A stretch of 47,988 nucleotides of DNA. It comes from a virus (Duplodnaviria; Caudoviricetes). The notes below the pieces were generated by a model, which was given only the letters and a program-made list of their open reading frames with translations, was not told the origin of the DNA and ran no database searches. Shown here one piece after another: positions 1 to 7,853 of this stretch. Position 1 is the first letter of the stretch. Each line of letters starts with the position of its first letter. The translations under genes and the position numbers were made by a program. The stretch lies in IMG/VR virus record IMGVR_UViG_3300021090_000035, positions 1-47,988 of that record. One strand, 5' to 3'.

Positions 1-8
1 TTCAATCT

Positions 9-134
9 AACCGGGATTACATCGACCATGATGCGAGTGCAGGCCGGCATCAAGCACAAGGAAACCCTGCGACAATATACGGTCAGATTGAAAGGTGCCG
101 GATTCATTGAGCAAGTCGGCAATCTCTATTACCC
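9..134. repeat. Terminal redundancy, left copy (identical to 47863-47988)
   Basis: aaccgggattacatcgacc...ctctattaccc matches the last 126 nt of the window. Confidence 0.97.
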
Positions 135-420
135 AACAGATCAAGGGATAAGTTTCAACGGAGGCGCACCCGAACCACCACGCGATACGCAAGAAGTAAT
201 GGCAATGTGGATGCACCATTTCAACGCCGGGGCCAGACGGATGTTGCAGTATCTCGTGGATGAGGGTGGCGAGTTTCGAACGTCTGAAGATGTAATGACT
301 GCGGCCAACATTCAACATCCCGAAACGTACAGGCAATACAAAGTTGAACTGAAAAGCACTGCGTTAATTATTGAACAAGATGGAATGATCGCAGCCAACA
401 AAGAGACGTTCTTCCTGTGA
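10..420 (+). CDS. C-terminal part (tandem winged-helix-like repeats) of the HerA-like ATPase starting at 46553
   Basis: In frame with the 46553 ORF across the terminal overlap; internal duplication IKHKETLRQYTVRLK / IQHPETYRQYKVELK. Confidence 0.9.
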   Translation, partial: TGITSTMMRVQAGIKHKETLRQYTVRLKGAGFIEQVGNLYYPTDQGISFNGGAPEPPRDTQEVMAMWMHHFNAGARRMLQYLVDEGGEFRTSEDVMTAANIQHPETYRQYKVELKSTALIIEQDGMIAANKETFFL

Positions 421-629
421 CCACATCCGAACGCGCCGTAGCAATCGTCAACGCCGAAGCTGAGCATGCAAAAGCGGAAGCCGCAAAGCTTCAACTCGGA
501 GATTCATACGCCTTTGAAAACTTTAAATCAAGAATGATAGACCGGGTAGAAATTCTTCTCAGGCAGATCCCGGAAGCCCCGGAAGAAGAGAAGAAAATAG
601 AGCCGGGATTATTTGACAATTCAATCTAA
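417..629 (+). CDS. Hypothetical protein (70 aa)
   Basis: GTGA overlap with upstream stop. Confidence 0.75.
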   Translation: MTTSERAVAIVNAEAEHAKAEAAKLQLGDSYAFENFKSRMIDRVEILLRQIPEAPEEEKKIEPGLFDNSI

Positions 630-641
630 ACTTCTTATATT
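613..641 (+). promoter_or_regulatory. sigma70-type promoter
   Basis: TTGACA(613-618)-N17-TATATT(636-641). Confidence 0.75.
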
Positions 642-646
642 CTGAA

Positions 647-752
647 GGGACATGACTGCAACTTTAAGACCGAGATTCTTTTCACCCGTAGGCCGGAAAG
701 CCAAAGCATGGTGTTGCAGCCAATGTCCCACTTTCTGGCCTACGGCTTTTTT
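647..752 (+). ncRNA. Candidate structured 5' leader (interleaved stems plus U-tract) of the replication operon
   Basis: 686-700 pairs with 731-745 (15 bp, one G-U); 647-662 pairs with 713-729 inside that loop; followed by cTTTTTT. Confidence 0.65.
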
Positions 753-1256
753 ATGCCCTCTATGAACTCACAAGAGCTCTCTCCTTACGCAAAGAAACTG
801 CGTGACCCCCGTTGGCAAAAGAAGCGGCTGCAAGTGTTAGAAAGAGACTCCTTCAAATGCCAAGCATGTCTTGCTACCAAAAAACCGCTTCATGTACACC
901 ATAGAATTTATGTGAGGGGTAGGGATCCGTGGGATTATCCGAGCTGCTCTTTGGTAACGCTTTGTGAAGATTGCCACGAGCACGAATCTCATAATCGATT
1001 CCTTGATGAGGAAGCATTTTTGCACGAAGTAAGGGCGGCTGGATTCTTGGGTAAGGAACTGCGTGGTTGGGCGGTCGGAATTCATTTTATGAAATTATTA
1101 GATTTGCCGGCGATTGTAGCATCGGCATATTACAAGGCGTTCCTTGCGCCAGAAACGCAACGATATTTGATTGACCAATTTTTGAAAACGCCAAGAAAAA
1201 AGGCGAAGATCAAAAAGACATTGAAAGAGAAATCTAATGGCGTGGCTCAGACTTGA
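753..1256 (+). CDS. HNH endonuclease-family protein (start ATG 753 or 762)
   Basis: DPRWQKKRLQVLERD..CQAC..LHVHH..LVTLCEDCH motif; the track start at 708 lies inside the structured leader. Confidence 0.85.
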   Translation: MPSMNSQELSPYAKKLRDPRWQKKRLQVLERDSFKCQACLATKKPLHVHHRIYVRGRDPWDYPSCSLVTLCEDCHEHESHNRFLDEEAFLHEVRAAGFLGKELRGWAVGIHFMKLLDLPAIVASAYYKAFLAPETQRYLIDQFLKTPRKKAKIKKTLKEKSNGVAQT

Positions 1257-2109
1257 TTGTGCGATGTTAGATGATGATTTCGTAAGGCATATTAGTGGGG
1301 ATGAATTCAAGGCGTGGACGTTGTTTCTCTTGCGCGTCAAAGCACTTGGAGCAAGGGGAAGCGTACCGATTTCCTCCACTGCGACATTGGCATATAACTG
1401 GATGGTCCCGGAGACTGCTGTGATCTCAATGCTCAAAAAAGCCCGGGAATTTCCGGGCTCCGATGGGAAACCGGGTGACCGAATTTTCGAGGACGGAGGA
1501 CGTTGGTATGTCAAGAATTGGTCAAAATACCAGGAAGATCACAAGGCAATAACCGCAAGGGGGGAAACTTCCGGTGATGTGCCAGACGGGACAACACTAC
1601 CCCACAATAACACTACCCTACAGAACCCCACAAAAGATATTATGAACAAACTCTTTAGTCTCTGGAATTCGCAAGGTATTCGTAAACATCAAGAGATCAC
1701 TTCGGCAATAGAAAAGGCATTCGAGAAAGCTCGGAAGATTTGGAATGTCGAACAAATCCAACTTGCAATCAGTAACTACGGTAAAATTCTTGCTTCTCCA
1801 GAACTATATTTTTTTCATTACAAATGGACGTTAGAAGAATTCCTGACGAGAAAGAATTCGATACGTCAATTTGTCGATCCTGTCTGCTTTGAAAATTTCA
1901 AAGAAAGGAAAAATGCGAATGGAACTTCGGGACACAACAGCTCACTTCATGAGCAAACTAAAACTGCTTCGGGACGTTTTACAAAAGCCGGTGGTATTAG
2001 ACCCCGAAATGGAGAAACGCCGGGAGCTACTCAGAAGTACAATCTCGACGAACCCGATGTTCCAAAACCTGGCGCGGATTCCAAAAAGGTATCAGGGAAA
2101 AACTCTTGA
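1237..2109 (+). CDS. Putative phage replication initiator (lambda O-like position)
   Basis: MAWLRLD N-terminus, low-complexity linker, helical C-domain (W..TLEEFL); directly upstream of DnaC-like gene. Confidence 0.7.
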   Translation: MAWLRLDCAMLDDDFVRHISGDEFKAWTLFLLRVKALGARGSVPISSTATLAYNWMVPETAVISMLKKAREFPGSDGKPGDRIFEDGGRWYVKNWSKYQEDHKAITARGETSGDVPDGTTLPHNNTTLQNPTKDIMNKLFSLWNSQGIRKHQEITSAIEKAFEKARKIWNVEQIQLAISNYGKILASPELYFFHYKWTLEEFLTRKNSIRQFVDPVCFENFKERKNANGTSGHNSSLHEQTKTASGRFTKAGGIRPRNGETPGATQKYNLDEPDVPKPGADSKKVSGKNS

Positions 2110-2635
2110 GACATACATCGGGCCAGAGCGGGTAAAATCTGATGCGATGAACGCACTTGTCAACGACGGCTCGATAATTCTCAGTGGGCCACCCGGAGTT
2201 GGCAAAACTCATTTAGCTGTTGCGCTCTTGTACGAATGGGTGATAAGTAAGCCGCAGGTTCTGAATGAAAACAGGTTAATATGGGACAAGGTTCAGGGTG
2301 CTCCGAGGTTCTTACCGAGTGTGGAATTTTACTCTGAGCTCAAAAGCGGATTCTCTACCGAGAAAGATGAGCGGGAAATTTTGATGCCATACCTGAAAAC
2401 ACCGTTATTGATTCTTGATGATGTCGGCTCGGAGAAAATATCGGACTGGACGCGGATGTGTCTCTACCAACTTGTTGATACTCGTTACCGAGAAGTCCTG
2501 CAGACTATCGTTACGACAAACCTTAATCTGCGTGAACTGTCCGAGCAACTTGATGATCGTATCGTTTCTCGTTTTCATGAAATGGGAATGATTATAGAAC
2601 TCGATGGAAAAGATTTCAGGACTCATACGCGATGA
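1913..2635 (+). CDS. DnaC/IstB-like AAA+ helicase loader
   Basis: IPKRY, Walker A GPPGVGKT, Walker B LLILDDVG, TTN, DRIVSR; SD aaagga before ATG 1913. Confidence 0.92.
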   Translation: MRMELRDTTAHFMSKLKLLRDVLQKPVVLDPEMEKRRELLRSTISTNPMFQNLARIPKRYQGKTLETYIGPERVKSDAMNALVNDGSIILSGPPGVGKTHLAVALLYEWVISKPQVLNENRLIWDKVQGAPRFLPSVEFYSELKSGFSTEKDEREILMPYLKTPLLILDDVGSEKISDWTRMCLYQLVDTRYREVLQTIVTTNLNLRELSEQLDDRIVSRFHEMGMIIELDGKDFRTHTR

Positions 2636-3081
2636 CTGAACCGGTTGGCATCAAAGAGGCGTTAGGCTCCTACTTCGATCCTTACAACGAAAGTGGACTT
2701 GAAGCAAGGTGGCAGAGAACTTTACGGGAACTGAATATCCCATTCAAACAACAGGTTAAACTCAAGAGGCAGAAGCGACGATTGGATTTCGTGATTGATA
2801 AAACGCTGAACATCGAACTTGACGGTCTCATGTATCATAAGTACGAAGAAGATGTTAAACGAGATATTCAGGTTGCTGCCGCGGGATTCAAAATAGTCCG
2901 CATCAACGATGAAATCTGTTACCGATATACCTATGAGTGTATCGCTTGGATTGTCCGTTGTCTCTTACCTCACATGGACAATGAGCGAATCAAAAGCTAT
3001 CGAAAAGCAGAGGGTGACTACAACGTGACCTTGCGAGTATTCAATCCAATCGGACGATACTACTGGACATGTTTCGTATGA
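2632..3081 (+). CDS. DUF559/Vsr-like endonuclease
   Basis: ES.LE, F.QQV, LDF, IELDG..YH, D..RD, GF.IVR pattern. Confidence 0.8.
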   Translation: MTEPVGIKEALGSYFDPYNESGLEARWQRTLRELNIPFKQQVKLKRQKRRLDFVIDKTLNIELDGLMYHKYEEDVKRDIQVAAAGFKIVRINDEICYRYTYECIAWIVRCLLPHMDNERIKSYRKAEGDYNVTLRVFNPIGRYYWTCFV

Positions 3082-3158
3082 ATAACTTCCATGACTGCGG
3101 CAAAGTCATCCCCGAGCGGGAATGGGCGACACACAATTGCGCGGTGAACGGACCATGA
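3078..3158 (+). CDS. Micro-ORF, 26 aa (MNNFHDCGKVIPEREWATHNCAVNGP)
   Basis: ATGA overlaps at both ends; H-x-C...H-x-C pattern. Confidence 0.5.
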   Translation: MNNFHDCGKVIPEREWATHNCAVNGP

Positions 3159-3196
3159 ACGAATATTCATTAACGAAGAAGGATATGAAGAAGTGA
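3155..3196 (+). CDS. Micro-ORF, 13 aa (MNEYSLTKKDMKK)
   Basis: ATGA and GTGA overlaps linking 3078-3158 to the MT-A70 gene. Confidence 0.35.
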   Translation: MNEYSLTKKDMKK

Positions 3197-3726
3197 AATA
3201 CTCGATCATCTACGCAGATCCACCGTGGGCATATAGAAACAAAAACACTGGGGGGTCTATGAACAGTGGAAGTAATGCGAAATACCCCACGATGAGTGTA
3301 GATGAAATTGCAAATCTCAAAGTGCGCTCTATCGCCGACAAGAACTCCGCACTCTTTCTTTGGGCCACCGTTCCATTGCTGAAAGAAGGCTTGTTCGTCA
3401 TGGAAAGCTGGGGATTTTCATACAAGACGATGATAACCTGGCGCAAGATTATGTCGTTGGGGATGGGGTGGTGGTTCCGAGGTCAGACAGAACATCTATT
3501 GCTTGGAATACGTGGGAACGTGAAGGCGTTCCGGCTTCAGGAGGCAAATTTTCTGCAGATAAAGTCTCTTCGGCACAGTGAGAAGCCCGAGGAATTTCGT
3601 GCTATGATCGAACGAGCAACAGCCAATATGCCCGTTCGCAGACGCTTGGAAATGTTCGCACGCAAGCGCGTGAAAGGTTGGCACGTATTCGGCAACGAAA
3701 TTGAAGGAGGAATAAAACTCAAATGA
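3193..3726 (+). CDS. MT-A70-family N6-adenine methyltransferase
   Basis: YADPPW, LFLWAT, WGF.YKT.ITW.K, G.GWWFRGQTEHLL, HSEKP, LEMFAR, W..FGNE. Confidence 0.93.
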   Translation: MKYSIIYADPPWAYRNKNTGGSMNSGSNAKYPTMSVDEIANLKVRSIADKNSALFLWATVPLLKEGLFVMESWGFSYKTMITWRKIMSLGMGWWFRGQTEHLLLGIRGNVKAFRLQEANFLQIKSLRHSEKPEEFRAMIERATANMPVRRRLEMFARKRVKGWHVFGNEIEGGIKLK

Positions 3727-4049
3727 TGGCGCACTCCACAGTAACAAAACAGCTCCTTCCCGACATCGAAGAACTTGAAGCCTTCTACGTCCCCCGTCTG
3801 CAAGAGCTCACCCATTGGGTAATAGGCACAGACATTCCCATTGAGGATATCGAAATCAGCACCCGGCTACAAAACCGAATCCTGCATATCTACATCCTTG
3901 TCCCCAGGGAGCGCCGGGGCCGGTTAATCGGCAGGGAGGGTAATACAAGCCAGCTCTTACAAAACCTCATCAGCATCATAGTAAAAACGAATCAACCCGG
4001 CTTGAGCAGTCAACTCCACATCACAGATGACAACGGGGTGAGAAAATAG
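3723..4049 (+). CDS. KH-domain RNA-binding protein (KhpA-like)
   Basis: Single KH domain with GxxG loop RGRLIGREGNT; about 108 aa. Confidence 0.8.
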   Translation: MMAHSTVTKQLLPDIEELEAFYVPRLQELTHWVIGTDIPIEDIEISTRLQNRILHIYILVPRERRGRLIGREGNTSQLLQNLISIIVKTNQPGLSSQLHITDDNGVRK

Positions 4050-4061
4050 TGAAAATAGTTC

Positions 4062-4090
4062 TTGCAATTGAAGAAACTTATAGGTAAACT
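4062..4090 (+). promoter_or_regulatory. sigma70-type promoter, probably leaderless transcript
   Basis: TTGCAA-N17-TAAACT; ATG 4097 follows 6 nt later with no SD. Confidence 0.6.
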
Positions 4091-4096
4091 TATCCC

Positions 4097-4219
4097 ATGC
4101 AGAAAATCAAAGTCATAATCCTTAAATGCCTCCGATGCGGTCACGAGTGGAGGCCGCGCAATCCCGAAATCCGCATGTGTCCGAAATGCAAATCGCCGTG
4201 GTGGGACAAAGCAAAATGA
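4097..4219 (+). CDS. Small zinc-ribbon protein, 40 aa (missed by track)
   Basis: MQKIKVIILKCLRCGHEWRPRNPEIRMCPKCKSPWWDKAK; two CxxC; ATGA overlap with the HNH gene. Confidence 0.85.
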   Translation: MQKIKVIILKCLRCGHEWRPRNPEIRMCPKCKSPWWDKAK

Positions 4220-4599
4220 AATCCACCGAACTCATCATTGCCCATCTCGATAAGGATGCAGAAACCTACGGCATGGCAATCACCCGTGAAGCGTGCAAAA
4301 AATTCCTGTTGCGGAAAACTCTCGCCGGAGGCGGGACAAAGCGCAAGCCGATATCGAGAAAATGGATTCAGGAAGCCTACGCAAAACAAGGTGGAATGTG
4401 TCATAGGTGCGGAGACTACATGGAACTCCCCGACGTGGCCGGGGATCATCTCATCGCATTGGCTTTAGGAGGAAAGCACACGCGGAATAACATCAGGGCT
4501 ATGCATCGTTCCTGCAATGCAAAAAAGGGCGCGGCTTCACTCAGCACAGAATCCAAGCGCACCGGCAAAACCGTAATGGAGCAGTTGAGAAATGGCTGA
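4216..4599 (+). CDS. HNH endonuclease
   Basis: CHRCG..DHLIALALGG.H..NNIRAMH.SCN..KG; start at ATGA overlap 4216. Confidence 0.88.
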   Translation: MKSTELIIAHLDKDAETYGMAITREACKKFLLRKTLAGGGTKRKPISRKWIQEAYAKQGGMCHRCGDYMELPDVAGDHLIALALGGKHTRNNIRAMHRSCNAKKGAASLSTESKRTGKTVMEQLRNG

Positions 4600-5398
4600 A
4601 CGAACAGGAATTGAATGGGCTGATGCGACCTGGAATCCCTGGATGGGATGCAAGAAAGTCTCGCCGGGATGTAAGAACTGTTACATGTTCCGCGACATGA
4701 CATTCTACGGGCGCGATCCGAACATCGTTGTGAAAGCATCCGAAGCATCGTTCCGCAATCCTTTGAAGTGGGCAAAGAACGGCAAACTAAAAACTGGCGC
4801 AAGAATCTTTACTTGCAGTTGGAGTGATTGGTTCATTGACAAGGCCGATGAATGGCGTGAAGATGCGTGGAGAATTATCAAACTCACGCCGCAATTCAAT
4901 TACCTAATTCTCACCAAAAGACCGGAACGCATTGCAGACCACCTACCGCCCGATTGGGGGAAAGGATATAAGAACGTATGGCTTCTGGTCAGCGCTGAGA
5001 ATCAACAAACGCTGGAAGAACGCCTTGAGTTTCTTCTTGATATTCCAGCTGCAATTCGTGGTGTAAGTGCTGAGCCATTACTTGGGCCAATTACTTTCTG
5101 GCGCTACTTTCCGCAAGGCACTTGCAAAAGACCCGTGTGTACGCAATACACGAGGCTGAATTCTAAATATGAGAATGGAATCCATTGGGTAATAACCGGT
5201 GGCGAAAGCGACAAAAAGTCCCCGCGGCTAACCGATCCCGAATGGGTCCGGGCTATCCGCGATGAATGTATCAAGGCTCATGTCGCTTTCTTTCACAAAC
5301 AACACGGCGGCACAAAAAAGATTGATGATGCTTGGGGAGGAAGATTGTTGGACGGTAGAGAATGGAATGAGTTTCCAACCGTAGAGAGCAATCACTAA
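4592..5398 (+). CDS. DUF5131 (phage Gp37/Gp68) family protein
   Basis: T.IEW.DATWNPW.GC.KVSPGC.NCY, LTKRPER, SAEPLLGPI, WVITGGES, FF.KQ.GG, GRLLDGREW.EFP. Confidence 0.93.
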   Translation: MAERTGIEWADATWNPWMGCKKVSPGCKNCYMFRDMTFYGRDPNIVVKASEASFRNPLKWAKNGKLKTGARIFTCSWSDWFIDKADEWREDAWRIIKLTPQFNYLILTKRPERIADHLPPDWGKGYKNVWLLVSAENQQTLEERLEFLLDIPAAIRGVSAEPLLGPITFWRYFPQGTCKRPVCTQYTRLNSKYENGIHWVITGGESDKKSPRLTDPEWVRAIRDECIKAHVAFFHKQHGGTKKIDDAWGGRLLDGREWNEFPTVESNH

Positions 5399-5886
5399 TG
5401 AACTCCGCACTCACCAAAGAATTTGAACGCCTCCAACAACAGTACCCCGGTACGATTGTCGGTTCACCCTTGCGGGACCCGCACGGGGTGTATGCGGTGG
5501 AATTTATGCGGCCTGATTCCCGGACATATTACTTTGCGGTGAAAAACTCAGTAGCCGGAGATACCATTTCCATTCACAAAAGCCTCTACGGAGCCGCGCA
5601 GATTCATAAGCGTAATATCATCATTGCCATATTCGGTGACTTCTATTTGTTCACTCCCGATGACATTAAACGCGCCGGAAAATTCGAGAACAAGCACAAC
5701 GGCGCGACGATGATAAATTTCTCCATGAAGTGCGGGACGGCGTTATCAGAGCTCGGGAAAAAGAAAACGCCGGAGCCGGAATTATTCGATCAATCAAAAC
5801 TGAGCGACAAGGGCAGGGTAATTGTTGACTCACTCAAGCGGGAATGCGGTGCGGTGGAAGTGGATCAGATATTATGCAAAGCATAA
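5398..5886 (+). CDS. Hypothetical protein
   Basis: TAATG coupling; 162 aa. Confidence 0.75.
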   Translation: MNSALTKEFERLQQQYPGTIVGSPLRDPHGVYAVEFMRPDSRTYYFAVKNSVAGDTISIHKSLYGAAQIHKRNIIIAIFGDFYLFTPDDIKRAGKFENKHNGATMINFSMKCGTALSELGKKKTPEPELFDQSKLSDKGRVIVDSLKRECGAVEVDQILCKA

Positions 5887-6071
5887 ACGACAAATCGCTC
5901 ATCCAATCTGATAGTTGGCTTTTTGAAGCGACCGAATGTGTCTACTGCGGACGCAAGAACATCCCGCTCAACATGGTTCAATGGAACGAAATGGACTTTT
6001 GCGACGATGCAGAAAAAGCGGCCTACATCATTGAACACATCGATGACGAATATACGGAAGGGAACAACTGA
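5874..6071 (+). CDS. Hypothetical CxxC protein
   Basis: CVYCG..FC; acidic; overlaps neighbours. Confidence 0.65.
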   Translation: MQSINDKSLIQSDSWLFEATECVYCGRKNIPLNMVQWNEMDFCDDAEKAAYIIEHIDDEYTEGNN

Positions 6072-6307
6072 TGCCGAAAACAGTGAGGGTGAAGGCGTGG
6101 TTACTATTGCGAGGCGATGGAAGTTTGCGAGCTGATGAAAGTTGGATAAACTTCATTTACTCTTATGGCAAATATGGTCTCTGGGTAACGTCGAGAGAGG
6201 CAAAGGGACGTGCTATGTACCACATTGAGTCCGGCGATCTCATTCTCCCCGCCACCGTCACCATCCAACTCCCATCATCCAAACGAAAGAACAGGAGTAA
6301 GAAATGA
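6071..6307 (+). CDS. Hypothetical protein
   Basis: TGATG coupling. Confidence 0.7.
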   Translation: MPKTVRVKAWLLLRGDGSLRADESWINFIYSYGKYGLWVTSREAKGRAMYHIESGDLILPATVTIQLPSSKRKNRSKK

Positions 6308-6981
6308 AATTTGAAATCAAGCACCGATTTACAGGCGCGATGCTTTTCTCGCTGGAAACTGACTCGCTCAAACTCTGTGTAGAAGCGGCAGTTAAATCCG
6401 GCGCAGACCTGTCCCGCGCATACCTGTCCGGCGCAGACCTGTCCCGCGCATACCTGTCCGGCGCAGACCTGTCCGGCGCATACCTGTCCCGCGCATACCT
6501 GTCCGGCGCATACCTGTCCGGCGCAGACCTGTCCGGCGCATACCTGTCCGGCGCAAACCTGTCCGGCGCAAAAAATTTCAACAAGCATCTCATCACACCG
6601 CTTCGGATTCTCTTAGATCAACCGGGGAAAGTCAGAGCGTACAAACTTGTGAACGCGGAAAATATCGGCCCGTTCAATGGAGGCATCAAGTACGAGATCG
6701 GTAAAAAGTACGAAGTGAAAAACGCATCCACCGATGAAGCCGAACACTGCGCCGCAGGGATAAACCTCGCCACACTTGATTGGTGCATGAAGGAATGGAA
6801 GGAAGGCTACAAGATTCTCCTTGCAGAATTTGAGTCGAATGATATTGCGGCGATCCCGACAGCGACAGACGGGAAGTTCAGAGTTCGCAAATGTAAGATC
6901 GTCGGCGAGAAAGATTTGGTAGAGATCGGATTGATTGAGAAAAAAGAAAACCCATCACCCAAGAGGAAGAAACGCAAATGA
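6304..6981 (+). CDS. Pentapeptide-repeat protein with C-terminal phage domain
   Basis: 11 S(G/R)A(D/Y/N)L repeats; C-terminal [16 protein letters not shown]. Confidence 0.9.
   Translation: MKFEIKHRFTGAMLFSLETDSLKLCVEAAVKSGADLSRAYLSGADLSRAYLSGADLSGAYLSRAYLSGAYLSGADLSGAYLSGANLSGAKNFNKHLITPLRILLDQPGKVRAYKLVNAENIGPFNGGIKYEIGKKYEVKNASTDEAEHCAAGINLATLDWCMKEWKEGYKILLAEFESNDIAAIPTATDGKFRVRKCKIVGEKDLVEIGLIEKKENPSPKRKKRK
6397..6570 (+). repeat. 15-bp tandem repeat TCC(G/C)GCGCA(G/T/A)ACCTG, about 11.6 copies
   Basis: Directly visible; encodes the pentapeptide repeats. Confidence 0.95.
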
Positions 6982-7217
6982 AACAAGCAGACATTCAGGT
7001 TGGTCACGAATATCTATTCATTTGCACCGACGTTGAACATCGAAAAGATATGGTGGGAACGATTGTAAGGGTAATTCGTAAAAGACCCGGAAGAGCAAAA
7101 ACCGCTTTATATAGCGGAGTGATCCCATATACTGCCAAATCACCAATGCGAATTGGACTCAGTAATGGTCGATGGGCAAATGCGGCAGAGCTTCGAGAAA
7201 TCGAGACAAGGAAATGA
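6978..7217 (+). CDS. Hypothetical protein
   Basis: ATGA coupling at both ends. Confidence 0.72.
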   Translation: MKQADIQVGHEYLFICTDVEHRKDMVGTIVRVIRKRPGRAKTALYSGVIPYTAKSPMRIGLSNGRWANAAELREIETRK

Positions 7218-7567
7218 CCGACGATCAGCGAAAGACATTTGAGGAATGGTGGAGACTAAATTCCTGGAGATTTTCTTCTGGATTTATTGACCCTAATCCA
7301 CATCACGAAATTTTAGGTGCAACAGAACAAGCCTTTGACCTCGGCCTCCGCACCGCCCTCAACTGGAAGCCGTACCCGGAGTTTAAGCCGGGTTTTAGCC
7401 GCCTACCTTTTATTATCACATGGAAAGATGCCGACGGTCGATCAAGGGTTGATGCGGCAATGTATTCTTGCGCCTTAGATGAGTGGACTGGCTATAATAA
7501 AGCCATTTCAAGCAGAAGAGTCACCGCCTACCTCGAATCACTGGAACCATATCAGAAGGAGAAGTGA
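7214..7567 (+). CDS. Hypothetical protein
   Basis: ATGA overlap start 7214; FEEWW and W.PYPE.KP motifs. Confidence 0.7.
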   Translation: MTDDQRKTFEEWWRLNSWRFSSGFIDPNPHHEILGATEQAFDLGLRTALNWKPYPEFKPGFSRLPFIITWKDADGRSRVDAAMYSCALDEWTGYNKAISSRRVTAYLESLEPYQKEK

Positions 7568-7818
7568 TGGCAAAATGTCTAAGATGCGGTGCTGGCGATG
7601 AATGGTTGGAGGGGAAAATCAAAGCAAAATCCTCCGACATGATAAACGCCAGCATGCTAATCAAAAAGTTAAATACCCTGGTTAGATATTCTGGTAGTCC
7701 ATCATCAAATTCAGAATGGTATCGCATGGGTATTTCAGATGAAATCTTAAATATTATTACCATCATCGAGCAAGAACTAACGCACAACAAAATCAATCAA
7801 ACACAATCAGAGGAGTAG
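7564..7818 (+). CDS. Hypothetical CxxC protein
   Basis: KCLRCGAGDEW; overlap with upstream stop. Confidence 0.65.
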   Translation: MMAKCLRCGAGDEWLEGKIKAKSSDMINASMLIKKLNTLVRYSGSPSSNSEWYRMGISDEILNIITIIEQELTHNKINQTQSEE

Positions 7819-7853
7819 TTATGTCACAACAAAAATATGGGAGATATTGAGGT

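Noticed and set aside
9-134. 126-bp terminal repeat as a biological attL/attR or terminal repeat
   Set aside because: It falls mid-gene and its length resembles an assembler k-mer overlap; best read as a circularisation artefact
6163-6596. Minus-strand repetitive ORFs (CAGQV)n and (APDRY)n, and possible CRISPR-like appearance
   Set aside because: Antisense shadows of the pentapeptide 15-mer array; there are no unique spacers, so not CRISPR
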